From Octopus bimaculoides (Eukaryota): a DNA stretch of 64,000 bases. Where the stretch lies: assembly GCF_001194135.2 (NCBI RefSeq), contig NC_069000.1, positions 2,409,311 through 2,473,310 on the forward strand, written 5' to 3'. Positions 24,938 through 39,946 of the stretch are shown in pieces. The translations under genes were made by a program, and so were the position numbers. Below the pieces are notes generated by a model. That model searched no databases. It was not told the DNA's origin and worked only from the letters and a program-made list of their open reading frames with translations. The first letter of the stretch is position 1. Each line of letters begins with the position of its first letter.

Positions 24938-26259
24938 GCTATATCACAAATGTACAATGGCTCCATAACTATCGGCTCGGTTTTAAACTTGGAGCCATGG
25001 TAAACTGTTACAACTGTTACACTACTTACCTACCGTACCTAGTCGTTTATATCAGCTCAGAAATAAACTCCCATACTCTGTATGTATGTAAGTATGTATT
25101 TATGTATGTATGTATGTGTGTATTAATATAAGCATATCTAAATATACATACGCGCATGCACTCATACTCACACTCAGGTGTGTGTATATATATGTATATG
25201 TATATATATATATGNNNNNNNNNNNNNNNNNNNNNNNNNNNNNNNNNNNNNNNNNNNNNNNNNNNNNNNNNNNNNNNNNNNNNNNNNNNNNNNNNNNNNN
25301 NNNNNNNNNNNNNNNNNNNNNNNNNNNNNNNNNNNNNNNNNNNNNNNNNNNNNNNNNNATATATATACATATGTTTGTATGTATACATGTATATATATAT
25401 GTATATGGATATACACAGATACACAGATATATCTACATAAATACACATAGATGCCTACATACACGTATCCATACGTACAGATTATTAAGTGTTATCAGGA
25501 GTGCAATCTTAAAGGAATGTCATTTATTTTATGTTTTATATCAGGTATTCCGCGCGCCACTACCATTTAAGGTTTTTTGGAGGTGGGGTAGTTCAACAGC
25601 CCAAGAAGGGTATAGAAATATATACTGTCAATTATCAAAACTAACCTAACATTGTACAACTTGTCAAATAAGATTTCCAAACATTATCATGGCATTCCAC
25701 CTATTTCTTCTTTTTCTTTTTTCCTGTTTGTCCGTTAGATTCAGTTTCAGGATATTGCATAGCTTATTTCTCTGACATGAACGAATACAATAGACTCTGA
25801 ATTATGAATATATTATATCGTAAGGCAATTCTGTGTAACCAAGTTTATATTGAATAAGATATTATCGCCGTTCTGACAATCTGGCTAAGAAAGTCGTTTT
25901 AAATATCAACGAAATATCCACATCCTGTATTAAATACGATAATAGATTTTTGAATTGCTATATACAATATAACTAGTGGCTTTACAAAAATCTTATTGAT
26001 TTGCTTATCTAAAAACAATGATCCGGAGACAATTTATGTCAGTAACACGCATTATAGTCTTTAAAATGTCTTGTTCAATATATTGCATATTTAGGTAGAA
26101 GCTTAAACTGTTAAAAGCCTTTCGGATAACGAAAATCATTTTCACGTTGTATTGTATTTCTTGACCTATACTTGCTTTCTAAAATGCATTTTTATCTCTT
26201 GATTGATCATCATACACTCAGCGCCTAGATTATTATTATTATTACTGATGGCCAACCAA

Positions 26260-26585
26260 AGCGGCGTGGCAGCAGAATCGTTACTATGCTGTGCATAAAT
26301 ATTTAGCAGTATTTCTTACGGCTCTACGATCTCAGTTCAAATTTCGCCGAAGTCTGTTGAAGTGTAGGGCTTGGGTAAAAAGAGAAATGTTTTCTTATTG
26401 TGTGTTTATCGAAAGGTGGATGATAGTGGTAAGAATGGGGTGTCTGAGTAGACCTACCCTGCATGTGCTTGTCGAATAAAGAGGCCAAAAATAGAAAAGG
26501 ACAGTTCGATGCCTTAGAAACGGTAAAGCAATCCGGGTTATTTTGTAAGTAGTTAACCCCCAAAGGCCATATTTCTTCTTGATCG
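26260..26585 (+). mobile_element. SINE family B head joined to an unrelated repeat-like body
   Basis: gcggcgtggcagcagaatcgttac...atttagcagtatttc...tcagttcaaatttcgccgaagtc matches the family B tRNA-like head to about 26354; the rest does not match the family B body. Confidence 0.55.
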
Positions 26586-27801
26586 TTTTTATAATTTTAT
26601 TTTCATATCTTTTGTTATATCTATATTGATTTTCATTTCCTTTTGATCGATAAATACTCCACCATGTTTGCGTTGCATTTCGTCATTTGAAATCGTTCTC
26701 AATACCTTGAGCCTTATGTACCTATCAAAAACACTCTCATATACGCATGTAGACACACATACACACACATACACACACACACGCACATAGACAGGCGTCC
26801 ACACACACACACAACGATATAAATGAAAGTTAATACATCGACTAGAATATCAATATTTGTATTCATTGACAGACTCACTAAATAAATATATATAGTTGTG
26901 TGAGCTCTAAATACATTGACTTATCATTAATCATTAAGAGTAAATATCTCCAAAAGATGTTTATTAATTAATCACACTATCTATGTCAGTACCTACACTG
27001 CAATATCAAAGCATACGACGCGTTTTAAGTAATTTATATTAAGACTATATTACCCTATTCAAATATGGTAGTGGCTTTTTTGGGGTATATGTATAATTAA
27101 GCTATTAATATAACATAAGGTTTTTATTAATAAACTAATGAAATAGGCGAGTTTTTTACGACTCAGTATCGCAATGTGTGGTTCTTCTGGGAATGATGTC
27201 TAAAGAAAATATTTGTGCTTTGAATTCACTTTTACGAAACCGCAACACTTTTGTGAGGCCCAGTTTTTTCGGTATATAAAATTTATATCGTTTTGTCTGC
27301 ATTTCCCTATCTGTCTCTTCGCGATTTCTTTCCTTCATTCTCTGCCTGTGTCTGTCTGTTTCTCTCTCTCTCACTCTCTCTCTCCCACTCTATCTATATG
27401 TATACATATATATAGGTGTGTGTGTTAGTATGTATATATATGGATATATATATATANNNNNNNNNNNNNNNNNNNNNNNNNNNNNNNNNNNNNNNNNNNN
27501 NNNNNNNNNNNNNNNNNNNNNNNNNNNNNNNNNNNNNNNNNNNNNNNNNNNNNNNNNNNNNNNNNNNNNNNNNNNNNNNNNNNNNNNNNNNNNNNNNNNN
27601 NNNNNNNNNNNNNNNNNNNNNNNNNNNNNNNNNNNNNNNNNNNNNNNNNNNNNNNNNNNNNNNNNNNNNNNNNNNNNNNNNNNNNNNNNNNNNNNNNNNN
27701 NNNNNNNNNNNNNNNNNNNNNNNNNNNNNNNNNNNNNNNNNNNNNNNNNNNNNNNNNNNNNTATATATATATGTATGTATATATATATATATAAATATAA
27801 T

Positions 27802-27927
27802 AGGCGCATTAGTGCCTGTGTGGTAAGAAGCTTGCTTACCAGCCAATTGGTTCGGATTTCAGTCCCAATGCGTGGCACCTTTTGCGTAGATTTGATAGAT
27901 GGAAACTGAAATAAGCCAGTCGTATAT
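27802..27927 (+). mobile_element. SINE family A, 5' half with internal deletion
   Basis: gtgtggtaagaagcttgcttaccagccaattggttcggatttcagtcccaatgcgtggcacc...gatttgatagatggaaactgaaataagccagtcg. Confidence 0.8.
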
Positions 27928-28214
27928 ACGAGCTATTTAGCTCAACTTCTGGCCTTGTGACGTACTGTTCCGTTGTTATGTCCTTTTAATGGCAACGAGG
28001 ATTGAATCTGCTTTTTGAGCTGGTTTTTCTTTTACTCCTCTATGGGTCCTCGCTCATCTTACACTTATCACCATTTCTTCGCGCCTATCCTATATCATAC
28101 TCTTCTGGGCGCCACCAAAGTATAGTAATTTTTAAAAAATTTCCTATGAACAAGCTAGCAAGAAGAGCATCGAACATTTTTAACCACGTCATCTCACGTG
28201 TAGAGCCCCCTTAC

Positions 28215-28250
28215 CTGCACGGAGACAAACTGGGCTTCTATGCTTGTCAG
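28215..28250 (-). other. Candidate 36-bp micro-exon
   Basis: Acceptor cctgtatttcag and consensus donor CAG|gtaagg; two frames open (LTSIEAQFVSVQ or DKHRSPVCLRA). Confidence 0.28.
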
Positions 28251-28507
28251 CTGAAATACAGGCTATTTCAAATCATTCTGGAAATCACGGTTAATTATTT
28301 ACGCTACAAGTCTATCTAGAGAGAGATATAGATCGTTTGATGGTGACTATAAGCCGAAGTAGATGAGAAAAACAATAATTAAAGAAAAATCTTATTGTTT
28401 CGCCGAATTTCAATCCTAATCAAGCGGATTTATGATCAAAGAAATGCTGTAAGAGCTATATATATCATCAAAAGATCATATATATACGTGCATTTGTGTG
28501 TGTGTGT

Positions 28508-28508
28508 G

Positions 28509-28603
<95 letters not shown>
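28508..28603. repeat. (CT)n-(ATCT)n compound microsatellite
   Basis: Directly visible. Confidence 0.95.
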
Positions 28604-28604
<1 letters not shown>

Positions 28605-29201
28605 AGGCATAATTTTTCATCATGACTGTTTTTCTAATATAAAGCAAAAATAAAAAACACGTTTTGAGAAAAGTAAAAGATACGTGAGAATTTTCTTTCG
28701 ACAGAAAATATTTCAGATTTAATCCGCCATAGAGTATTGGTACGCAGTAGAAACTTCGGGAAAGAAAATATGCAAGCTCTGTTAAAATTTTGGGAAGCTA
28801 TAAAGCACGAATTGGACAATAACTTGGAATAAGTTTAGGGACATGCCATTTAAATATAAATATGTAGAGATTTTTTTTGTTTCTGCGCAGGTCCTTCCGC
28901 TTTAATAATTTCTAACATATAATGAATTAGTTAGTAGAAGATTTGTTAAAAATGTGCATGACGTATCTTCACTATATATATANNNNNNNNNNNNNNNNNN
29001 NNNNNNNNNNNNNNNNNNNNNNNNNNNNNNNNNNNNNNNNNNNNNNNNNNNNNNNNNNNNNNNNNNNNNNNNNNNNNNNNNNNNNNNNNNNNNNNNNNNN
29101 NNNNNNNNNNNNNNNNNNNNNNNNNNNNNNNNNNNNNNNNNNNNNNNNNNNNNNNNNNNNNNNNNNNNNNNNNNNNNNNNNNNNNNNNNNNNNNNNNNNN
29201 N

Positions 29202-29297
<96 letters not shown>

Positions 29298-30548
29298 GAA
29301 TAAGACAGCAATATTAACTTACTTCATAACAGATGCTATTTGAAAAATGAATGAACGCATACATCTCTCAACGGAGTAAGAAATGAAAACTATTGGAAAA
29401 TATTAATATATGATTCCATGCAACATATAATTTAATAAACTTTGCCAAATTTCTATGTTATTAATTCAGTCGTTTTTGATAAACTGAATTTTATTAAATC
29501 TATTTAATATGGAAGAAACTGAAATACCGCTATTCTGTAAAATATAATGTTAAATGTGACATCTTTCAGATGGGACGCCAGGGCACATATTCTGACACAC
29601 TGAGTAAAAACGTAGGCTGCACTTCACATGAATGGCTTGAAATTGTAAATGAAATGTGGGTCTGTTATTTATTTTTACATAAGAAGACAGCCATGCTCCC
29701 AAAGATACTGAGAGTAATATCCCTCACACTATCTTTCTTGGAGTAATGTTCACACACACTCTCTCTCTCTCATATACATACGTATATATACATACATACA
29801 TATATATATATACATATATATATATANNNNNNNNNNNNNNNNNNNNNNNNNNNNNNNNNNNNNNNNNNNNNNNNNNNNNNNNNNNNNNNNNNNNNNNNNN
29901 NNNNNNNNNNNNNNNNNNNNNNNNNNNNNNNNNNNNNNNNNNNNNNNNNNNNNNNNNNNNNNNNNNNNNNNNNNNNNNNNNNNNNNNNNNNNNNNNNNNN
30001 NNNNNNNNNNNNNNNNNNNNNNNNNNNNNNNNNNNNNNNNNNNNNNNNNNNNNNNNNNNNNNNNNNNNNNNNNNNNNNNNNNNNNNNNNNNNNNNNNNNN
30101 NNNNNNNNNNNNNNNNNNNNNNNNNNNNNNNNNNNNNNNNNNNNNNNNNNNNNNNNNNNNNNNNNNNNNNNNNNNNNNNNNNNNNNNNNNNNNNNNNNNN
30201 NNNNNNNNNNNNNNNNNNNNNNNNNNNNNNNNNNNNNNNNNNNNNNNNNNNNNNNNNNNNNNNNNNNNNNNNNNNNNNNNNNNNNNNNNNNNNNNNNNNN
30301 NNNNNNNNNNNNNNNNNNNNNNNNNNNNNNNNNNNNNNNNNNNNNNNNNNNNNNNNNNNNNNNNNNNNNNNNNNNNNNNNNNNNNNNNNNNNNNNNNNNN
30401 NNNNNNNNNNNNNNNNNNNNNNNNNNNNNNNNNNNNNNNNNNNNNNNNNNNNNNNNNNNNNNNNNNNNNNNNNNNNNNNNNNNNNNNNNNNNNNNNNNNN
30501 NNNNNNNNNNNNNNNNNNNNTATATATATAGGTGTATGTCTGTATATA

Positions 30549-30592
<44 letters not shown>

Positions 30593-31082
30593 ATTATATA
30601 TATGCATACATATATGTATACCTCTATATATATATATATATATATCTGTGTATACATACATCTGTTCTGTTTGTATATATATATCCAATATATTACTACA
30701 AATGAATATATCACCTGGACATAACGCATTTTTTCGAAATTGTAATATATTCTGTTGCTAACGGGTGAACAAAAAATCGATATTCGATAATATAACTAGA
30801 AATATCATAGGAATATTTACCAAGATATGGGAGGTAAATATGTTGTACATGTGTTTTTCATTGCAAAACATATTATTTTACGTGATTTTTATATGTCTCG
30901 TATAATAATGTAAAATAATGATGTGCTTATTCATACGCATACTCACAACCCGGCACCAACATTTGTGGAAGCGTGTGACTTACCGTTATGCAATATTGAA
31001 TTGCATATATTCATGTATATATGAATACGTACGCACACACATATAATACACACAAACACACACAAACACACGCACACACACA

Positions 31083-31131
<49 letters not shown>

Positions 31132-32868
31132 GNNNNNNNNNNCACACACACACACACACACATATATGTTAAAATTAATCAAAGGACATACCAAGTGTGC
31201 CTATCTGCTAGAAATAACTGTCAAACTTATTTTAGCGATGTAAGTAAGCGCTTTCACTTATTTGCCGCAAGTAGTCATACATACTATGTCATTTGATTAA
31301 TTTTAATCCTGTAGCTATCTAATGACTTCTTTGGGTCTGTAAACGCGTATATTATTGATTCTGTTGTATATCTGTGTACATTCATATCTATATATGTGTG
31401 TCCGTATATATATATCGACGCATATATATATGTATGTATACATATATGTAAGTATATACATATATATATATATATATGTATGTATATATATATNNNNNNN
31501 NNNNNNNNNNNNNNNNNNNNNNNNNNNNNNNNNNNNNNNNNNNNNNNNNNNNNNNNNNNNNNNNNNNNNNNNNNNNNNNNNNNNNNNNNNNNNNNNNNNN
31601 NNNNNNNNNNNNNNNNNNNNNNNNNNNNNNNNNNNNNNNNNNNNNNNNNNNNNNNNNNNNNNNNNNNNNNNNNNNNNNNNNNNNNNNNNNNNNNNNNNNN
31701 NNNNNNNNNNNNNNNNNNNNNNNNNNNNNNNNNNNNNNNNNNNNNNNNNNATATACACATAAATGTGTAGTTCAAATTTGTAGAAAAGCAAAGACGAACA
31801 CAGATGTAGGAACAACAAGCAAGTTGTTCATCTCTTTCCTAAAATTATAAATGTTTAGGAGGTACTTCGTGGCATTCAATCGGTTGTAATTTCCATGGTT
31901 GTTATTCAAAATAACTGAATGTAAACCAGAAACAACGAATTAAGCGAAAGAGCTCTGCACTATTGTATTGCTCAATGCAATTTAAAAAAAGTTTAACGAG
32001 TTATTGCGGACTGCCACTAATGTTCGTTAGATATCACACGCATAAAGGAAACTGAAGTGAAACGTCGAAGAATTTTAGCTTTTGATTAAAATATGAAAAG
32101 AAGACCTTTGCGATGTAGCATTTGACGTTATCTTTGAAATTAATTATCTTAAAGGAAGATGGGCGACCATGATTTCACTGAACTGATGTATTGATTGCCA
32201 CTTCATTACTCTATTCCATGGCATTAGTGTAATTAAAATCAGTAATGATACCGTTATTAATATGGAGAGTGGTGATAACGTTAAGGTATTTAATTGTCTT
32301 CGTGATTCTGAAGCTTTCGATTCTGAGAGAAATTTAAGTTTAGTACGAGATTACCACATCTAAATCAAAGCATTGTTTCCCTTATGTTGCGCTTTCTAAC
32401 AGTTTATATTAAATTGATGCTTGGAAGTGTTGGTATGGATTTTATTCACACACGATATATAAAGATTTCGAGATATCAACTTATAGACTTTTCCCTCTAG
32501 TAGAAATTGCAGTCAAAACTACATGAAATGATGCAAGACACAAGAAATAGAAAGAAGGAAAATACACTTGTGTAAACATCGAGTACAACAGGAAAGGAAT
32601 TAGGATGGGTATGTAAACAACAGACGCGCACACAAACACACACAAACAGTCGCATACACGTACACACACGGGCATACATACACACATATATATAAATATA
32701 TATATATGTAAAGTGTGTCAAGGGCCAACCACTTCTTGGAATGTCGTTTCTAATACTGGTTGATGAGTGCCAATGTACGAAACTTTCGACCCTTTTGGAT
32801 AGATTTGTTGTTTTTGCCGATTGAATGTAAAAACTCACTTTTATGTTTACAAATTTAATTTCCTCTTT

Positions 32869-32947
<79 letters not shown>

Positions 32948-34869
32948 CATACATGCATACATGTATGTGTCTGTGTATGTACTCGAATGTGTGACTTTTA
33001 GCCTCTCTAGCGTTACCAAACAAATCTTCTTGAAATCATTGTCAGAAACTACCTTATTAATAAAGTATTTCATATCACCTTGTCTGATTCTGAGATGTTC
33101 ATAGTCTTTCCACATTGCTCTCAATCATGGTCTACATCGATGAATAAACAACACTATTTACAGATAGACTGAGTTTCGCTTTAAAGGACTAAACGTGGTT
33201 GAGATGAAAGTAGCTTTTAACCAATACTGTTATATATTTCCATTATAAGAGCTATGGAATCTGGCATGTATTTTTGAAAAGAAATTCCGTCACGAGTGAA
33301 AGACTTAAAGCTGAATGAATTTGAAACCCTCTTCAACAGAGTTTCATGTCGAAAGGTCATAAAAGTGTTGAAAGGGAATTACTGACGTATTTATTGGCTG
33401 ACAAACGCTGAAGAAAATTACCTGTTAATTTCAAGCGGTGTAATTTAAATCCATCTCTCACAATTGAAGAGAAACAAAAAGAGTGCAGTAATTACAATTT
33501 ACTTTGCCAGAGGTTATTCCTGCGCATATGAACATCCGTTTCGCAATTAGCATTTCATTTTGTAATCTACAATGAATGCTAAAAGGTTTTTCTAATATTC
33601 ATATGCAGATATAAAGTAATATATCTTGAATAAATTTAGTTTCCTAACGTGAATTAATGCTGGATAAATCCTGCTCGAAGAAAGAATTAAAAGAATTAAG
33701 AATTCATTTATATTTTATCATGACCCGGAAATCGCGATACACAGATATTGTTTTGAGCTGATTGGGGGTGCTGGATTCCCTTGTTCGAAAATATAAGGAG
33801 ACAGATCATGTCATATAGCCAGCTGGAGACGATGTCTCCTGGGGCTAAATTACAGAAACATTCGTCCTAAACCAGGACTACGAAGTTATGTTGGCAAATA
33901 ATCTTTATTACTAAACCTCATCAGCGATGCATAATTACTGTTACTCCTAATGAATTGCTGTTTTTTTAAAATCTATCTCTACGACATTTGAAATAAGACC
34001 GGCTTTAACTATTTTATGTAAATAATAGGAGCTATAAAGTAACATCCATAATATCAAGATAGTCGTATAGATGAAGTCATAGAAACAAGTGGTCGAACAA
34101 GTCATCGAAAAGACCTAATCCTGAATAATCCTGGTGACATTTATTATAATCCTGATGATATATATTTCAATTGCCTCATTTATTTTATAGAACTACTAAC
34201 TAGAAAATGAGAGAAAATGCTGCGGAAAAAAGCCACCGCATGAAAATAGCGTACACATGAGCGTACTCGTATTAATTTACATAAAAGTACAAAGAAAACT
34301 ACTTTGATGGATTGTAGTATGGCTGTTTCCATGAATCACTCTGTTTTACATTGGTTAGCGTTACACGTTTTATTTGTGAAGTATGAAACTGTGAGTGCAG
34401 ACAAGATACATCTAGACCTGAAATCTCCAATTATCACAGCGGCCATTTTCTGTAGATATATTTTTCAATAATTTAATATATTTGTTATTTTTATGTGGAA
34501 AATTAGATAGAAAACCTTAAGACAGATTAGTAAAGTCAATATTCAGAAATGAAAAGCATGCCTTAAAGCTGAAAAAAAAAGTGGGGAAGAATTCCTTTAT
34601 TAATAAAATCAATATTGAGTTGTTTGATTGAGGGAACATGTGCCTTGCAAATTTACGGGAGAAATGAAAAAAGAAACTTATCTTATTATATTTATTTATT
34701 GACTTGCCTTGCACGAAACTGATTAAATCTTGATGCATTGCTTTGATAGTGACCTCTGATAAAAATGAAACAGCTTTTGCCAGCAGAATTAAATGACCCA
34801 ATAATGCTTACTTCTTTCTCCAGTGTTCCATATTGAAACAGTATTTTCATTTCTTTTCCTCTTTGACAG

Positions 34870-34943
34870 GGCAGCAGATTGGCAAAATGGGTACAGTGCC
34901 GGATAAAATAACTTGCGTTAAATCGCCGGATAGATTACTTGCA
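34870..34943 (+). other. Candidate plus-strand exon, possibly containing a start codon
   Basis: Strong acceptor attttcatttcttttcctctttgacag and donor gtgagt; one open frame QQIGKMGTVPDKITCVKSPDRLLA. Confidence 0.4.
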
Positions 34944-35647
34944 GTGAGTTCACAGAATCGTTAGCACCTCAGATAACATTATCTGCGATATCTAATATAC
35001 ATAATTAAAGATTCTTAGTTCAAAACCTTCTGAAATGGTCTTCATTTTCTTTCCATCCTTACCGATGATCAGTAAAATACGTGCCTATCTAATTTTCGAG
35101 ACGATTTAATCTCATGTTTCACCCCACAAACAACAGGATTTCTGCTCTTTTGCTTATGTAAACATTTATTCTTTTGCAAGTTTCACTTCGTCTATTTAGA
35201 AGTAATATCTTCAGAATTTGTAATCAATGTTAACGCCTTACTAACTAAATGTATCGATTTTATTTTTTCTCAAACTACCCAGTTATGCTTTTCTTTGACA
35301 CCATAGCAATATTTACATCACTAAACATTAACGGTTAGAGGCACACGTACATACATATACATAAGTACAAGACAGACTTCAGCACAGTTTCGGCAACAAA
35401 AGTTCCCATAAAAAAGGCGTGTGACAACCTGAGGTTTAAATAACAAATACTCCATAGTTACGTCAAACCCGAAACCATACGGATGTGAAGCAGACTTGTT
35501 AAACACCCGGCTATGTCTGGCGCTTTATTAATTTATTAGATCTACGACAATCAAAGTAGAAGTGAATACTACACGATCAAATAATATTCTGAAATGTTTT
35601 GAAGTGCTACACCATGTATATGTATGTGTGTGTTTGTGTGTGCTTGT

Positions 35648-35702
<55 letters not shown>

Positions 35703-36271
35703 CGTGCATGAATGTATGTATGTATGTATGTATCTATCTATCTATATATATGTTACAAACTACACAGCTGGATAACTCAGAGAAAATACTTCACCGTAAA
35801 AATAGTATTGCAATGCAAGACTGTGTTATAATTAAATTCTATGAGAGAAATATCTTATCGACATTATGGGCATACGTATACATTACTCTAAGGTAACAAT
35901 GCAATTGAAATATTGATATGCATAATCTATATTAATTACTTATTCATAGGTATCATCTTTTTGAAGTTCAGGACGTGAATATATAATATACTGAAACAGA
36001 AACCATTTTTTGGTAAACAACAATTTGAATAAATCGAAATATTACTTGTATTGATGACGATTTTTTTTTATTTAACCCTATCGCACAGTAATCTTGGTAT
36101 AGTGAGAATAGGTTAAACGTCATCTCTGGCGGATTCCCGATCAGGCGGTTATGAACAATACACGTAGTTAAAGAAGATGTTGCCCATTTTGTCCATTAGT
36201 TTGCTTGGAATCGTGACTCTTGAGCTGCCTACCAGGTTTCTACATTAAGAACATGAATAGTGATTATAATA

Positions 36272-36471
36272 ATCTTCTCTGCCATAGGTACAAGGCCTGA
36301 AATTTTGTGGGGAGGGTACAGTCAAATATCGCCACTGGTGATTGTTTTATCAGCAACAAAGGGATAAAAGCAACGTGGACCTCAATGGCACTTGAATTCT
36401 GAACATAAAGCCGGAAGAAATGTCTCTAAGCATTTTTTTCGGTGAGGTAACTATGCAGCCTGTTTTCTGCC
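36272..36471 (-). mobile_element. SINE family B' (alternative tail), degraded
   Basis: ggtacaaggcctgaaattttgtggggagg...gtggacctcaatggcacttgaattctgaacataaagccggaagaaatgtctctaagcat matches the copies at 38101 and 53772. Confidence 0.7.
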
Positions 36472-38100
36472 TAGAAAAATAAATAAAAATAATATCAGAA
36501 AGCAACAAGAGGGATATAAAGGAAGTTTGAACACAGTGTCCACCAGTAGAATTATTACAAAAGATTCACCTCCTTTGCACGCCAGAATAATCAGGAAAGT
36601 ATTAGATAACTGAAAAGAATGGATAGCATGTTACCGCAGGCTGCACGTTGTAATCCCACTACGCATGCAAAACTCCAGAGGTCCCAACAAAATCTGTAAT
36701 AAAAGAAAATAATAATAATAACAAAAACAACAACAACGACGACGACAACAACAGCAACAACAATAACAACAACAACAAATCAACAAAAATCCGTCTAAAT
36801 TTGTTGGAAATGCAAGAAGGTTTTGCAGGGTTCTTGAAACACGACCAGTAAACAAGTGTCACCTTAGTCTGCTGGATGTGAACAGATGAAACTTCCTATT
36901 ATTCTCAGCAAAATAAGCTGTGAGGTTTCTAAAGTCAGGGCATTGAGCAAAAAGTAAATTTCTCGAAAATCTGGGTCCTGCCTCCAATCTCTTGTATTGA
37001 ACCATTTCACTTTGCCTTCGGCACTAACTTTAACGAATAATTTGTGAAGAAAATTATCACCTGATATTCGCCCCCATTGTGCTCCACACCCAAATCCGAT
37101 AGGCATCCTTCTCTCTAATAATTATAATGGAAATTCTGGTGTATATAAAATATAATTCCTGCTTTAATATCCATCAATACTTCCATAAAGTAAATCTATT
37201 CAAATGAAAATGATTGACGACAGCAACTTAGATATTCGTCGAATACTTCCTTATTATACGAAGGAAAGATTTGTAAAGCAAAATTATCTGAACACCGCCA
37301 AAGAATGCTTTCCTTTCAACCCCCAAAAGCGTTGCTTAAAATTAATAAACAGAGACATCAAACCTAGCTACAAATAATACAAAATTGCCATTAACATAAA
37401 AACCAGGAACATGATTTTTTTAATGTTCCAACGCCTATACAATGTAGTGAATATTTCATGTTAATACACGGGAATAATTATTTTCTTCTTAGAAAGAAAA
37501 AAAAATGCATCGAAAATTGCAGATCAAATGCAATGATTTAAAACAATATTTCGTTCGCCTAAAGAAGATATTTGTGATTATATTAAAATTGTATCTGTTT
37601 ATATTACGGTGGATAAAATATATTAAAAAAAAAACTACATTAATGTTTGTTTAATATTGCATTTCTAATTAATCGTTTGAATTGGCCGTGTGCGCAGTAA
37701 ACCACGATTGAATGACATAAAAGCAACCAATTTAAGATTAAAGGTTTTATTTAGAAACGCAAACTACGACTTTCATAGAACGTGTTCATTGTAATATACT
37801 CACCATCTGTATTGAGTGTTTAGAGTACCTCATCTTCTTAGTCATGAAAGAAGACAAAATGAATTTAAATTAAAACTTTAGTATGTCTGCAAAAATTTCC
37901 TTGCTAATTCTGTAGTTATCAGATGCTGAAATATTACTAATAAATAATAATAGAATTCTTCATTCTCTAAAAAGCACGAAATTAATGACGTCAATTCTGG
38001 CTTTTTTTTCTGCTGTGTCTTTAAAACAAGTTTTCAAAATGAATAGAGTTGAGATAAAGTAATTAACTGTTTTACTTTGTACATTTTGTAGTTTTTCTTT

Positions 38101-38297
38101 TCTACTTGAGGCACAAGGCCCAACATGTTTGGAGAGGCCGCCAGTCGATTAGATCGACCCCAGTACATAATTTATCGACTCGGAAATAATGAAAGTCAAA
38201 GTCTACCTCGGCAGAATTTGAACTCAGAACGTAAAAACAGACGAAATACCGTTAAGCATTGCGCCCGGTGCGCTAACGTTTCTGCCAGCTCACCGCC
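38101..38297 (-). mobile_element. SINE family B', full length
   Basis: ggcacaaggcc...gtcgattagatcgaccccagtac...acctcggcagaatttgaactcagaacgtaaaaacagacgaaataccgttaagcattgcgcccggtgcgctaacgtttctgccagctcaccgcc; the reverse complement has a GAGTTCAAATTC B-box. Confidence 0.88.
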
Positions 38298-39147
38298 TTA
38301 TTTTGTAGTTTTTATTAATTAATAGAGCGTTCGCCGTCTTAAGCTTTCGAACCTCCCCTCATTTCTTTTGCTTATAAAATGCAGTAATAAACAGAGTACT
38401 TGTGTCAAGCAATGTATATGATTACCCAGACGAAATTTATCTGCTATATACAAACTCATCGATTTATAGTTACACTAAATTATATGCAGAATCATTTACA
38501 ACAACATGCTAAGTACAAAAAACAGAACAACGTGGGGGAAGGAAATGGGAAAACAAAGTGGAAATGAAATTTTCTGCAATAAGATTGTGTAATGCAGAGA
38601 TATCTGATCGATATACTCATCTCATCTGGAACATAGATATGAAATATGGTGTAACATACGTTGTTTTGTCTCCTTTGTATCTGAATTTGACACAAAGCAG
38701 AATATTTTAAGCTGAGAATATTGCGTTCTGTGGACCGGCACTACAACACTGTATGACACAACATCTCAGCATATCTGTTTCGAAGAGAGCAGATATTTTG
38801 AGACGATGCCATTTTCTATCTATATGGAGCACAAATAAACCTATTGTAGCGTCTCACAAGCGCAATCGTCGTGTTCTCAACAACAATTTCAAGTCTGAAG
38901 CTCCTCAGCATTGAAATCATTTTCCTCCTTCGACCTACCTTGCAATATCGAACTTCTGTGTAAAAGTGGTGAGCTGAATGAATCGTTAGCACACCCGGAT
39001 AAAGTGCTTAATAGCACTTAAGTCAGTAAAAAGTACAACAGTATTATTTTAAAATTAATTATTAAAGATTGATATGTTTTATTTTGATTCAAACAGTAGG
39101 TAATTGGATGTTCAGGCCTAAGTGTAAAAAGGGTCAAACTTGACCCG

Positions 39148-39193
<46 letters not shown>

Positions 39194-39888
39194 NNNNNNN
39201 NNNNNNNNNNNNNNNNNNNNNNNNNNNNNNNNNNNNNNNNNNNNNNNNNNNNNNNNNNNNNNNNNNNNNNNNNNNNNNNNNNNNNNNNNNNNNNNNNNNN
39301 NNNNNNNNNNNNNNNNNNNNNNNNNNNNNNNNNNNNNNNNNNNNNNNNNNNNNNNNNNNNNNNNNNNNNNNNNNNNNNNNNNNNNNNNNNNNNNNNNNNN
39401 NNNNNNNNNNNNNNNNNNNNNNNNNNNNNNNNNNNNNNNNNNNNNNNNNNNNNNNNNNNNNNNNNNNNNNNNNNNNNNNNNNNNNNNNNNNNNNNNNNNN
39501 NNNNNNNNNNNNNNNNNNNNNNNNNNNNNNNNNNNNNNNNNNNNNNNNNNNNNNNNNNNNNNNNNNNNNNNNNNNNNNNNNNNNNNNNNNNNNNNNNNNN
39601 NNNNNNNNNNNNNNNNNNNNNNNNNNNNNNNNNNNNNNNNNNNNNNNNNNNNNNNNNNNNNNNNNNNNNNNNNNNNNNNNNNNNNNNNNNNNNNNNNNNN
39701 NNNNNNNNNNNNNNNNNNNNNNNNNNNNNNNNNNNNNNNNNNNNNNNNNNNNNNNNNNNNNNNNNNNNNNNNNNNNNNNNNNNNNNNNNNNNNNNNNNNN
39801 NNNNNNNNNNNNNNNNNNNNNNNNNNNNNNNNNNNNNNNNNNNNNNNNNNNNNNNNNNNNNNNNNNNNNNNNNNNNNNNNNNNNTATA

Positions 39889-39946
<58 letters not shown>

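Noticed and set aside
36864-37106. ORF containing KVSAEGKVKW, superficially like a Cys-loop receptor beta strand
   Set aside because: No Cys-loop or FPFD motif follows, and no matching acceptor for that frame was found.
39131-39146. gggtcaa-ac-ttgaccc palindrome reminiscent of piggyBac subterminal repeats
   Set aside because: Isolated 16 bp next to a gap, with no second terminus or TTAA pair visible.
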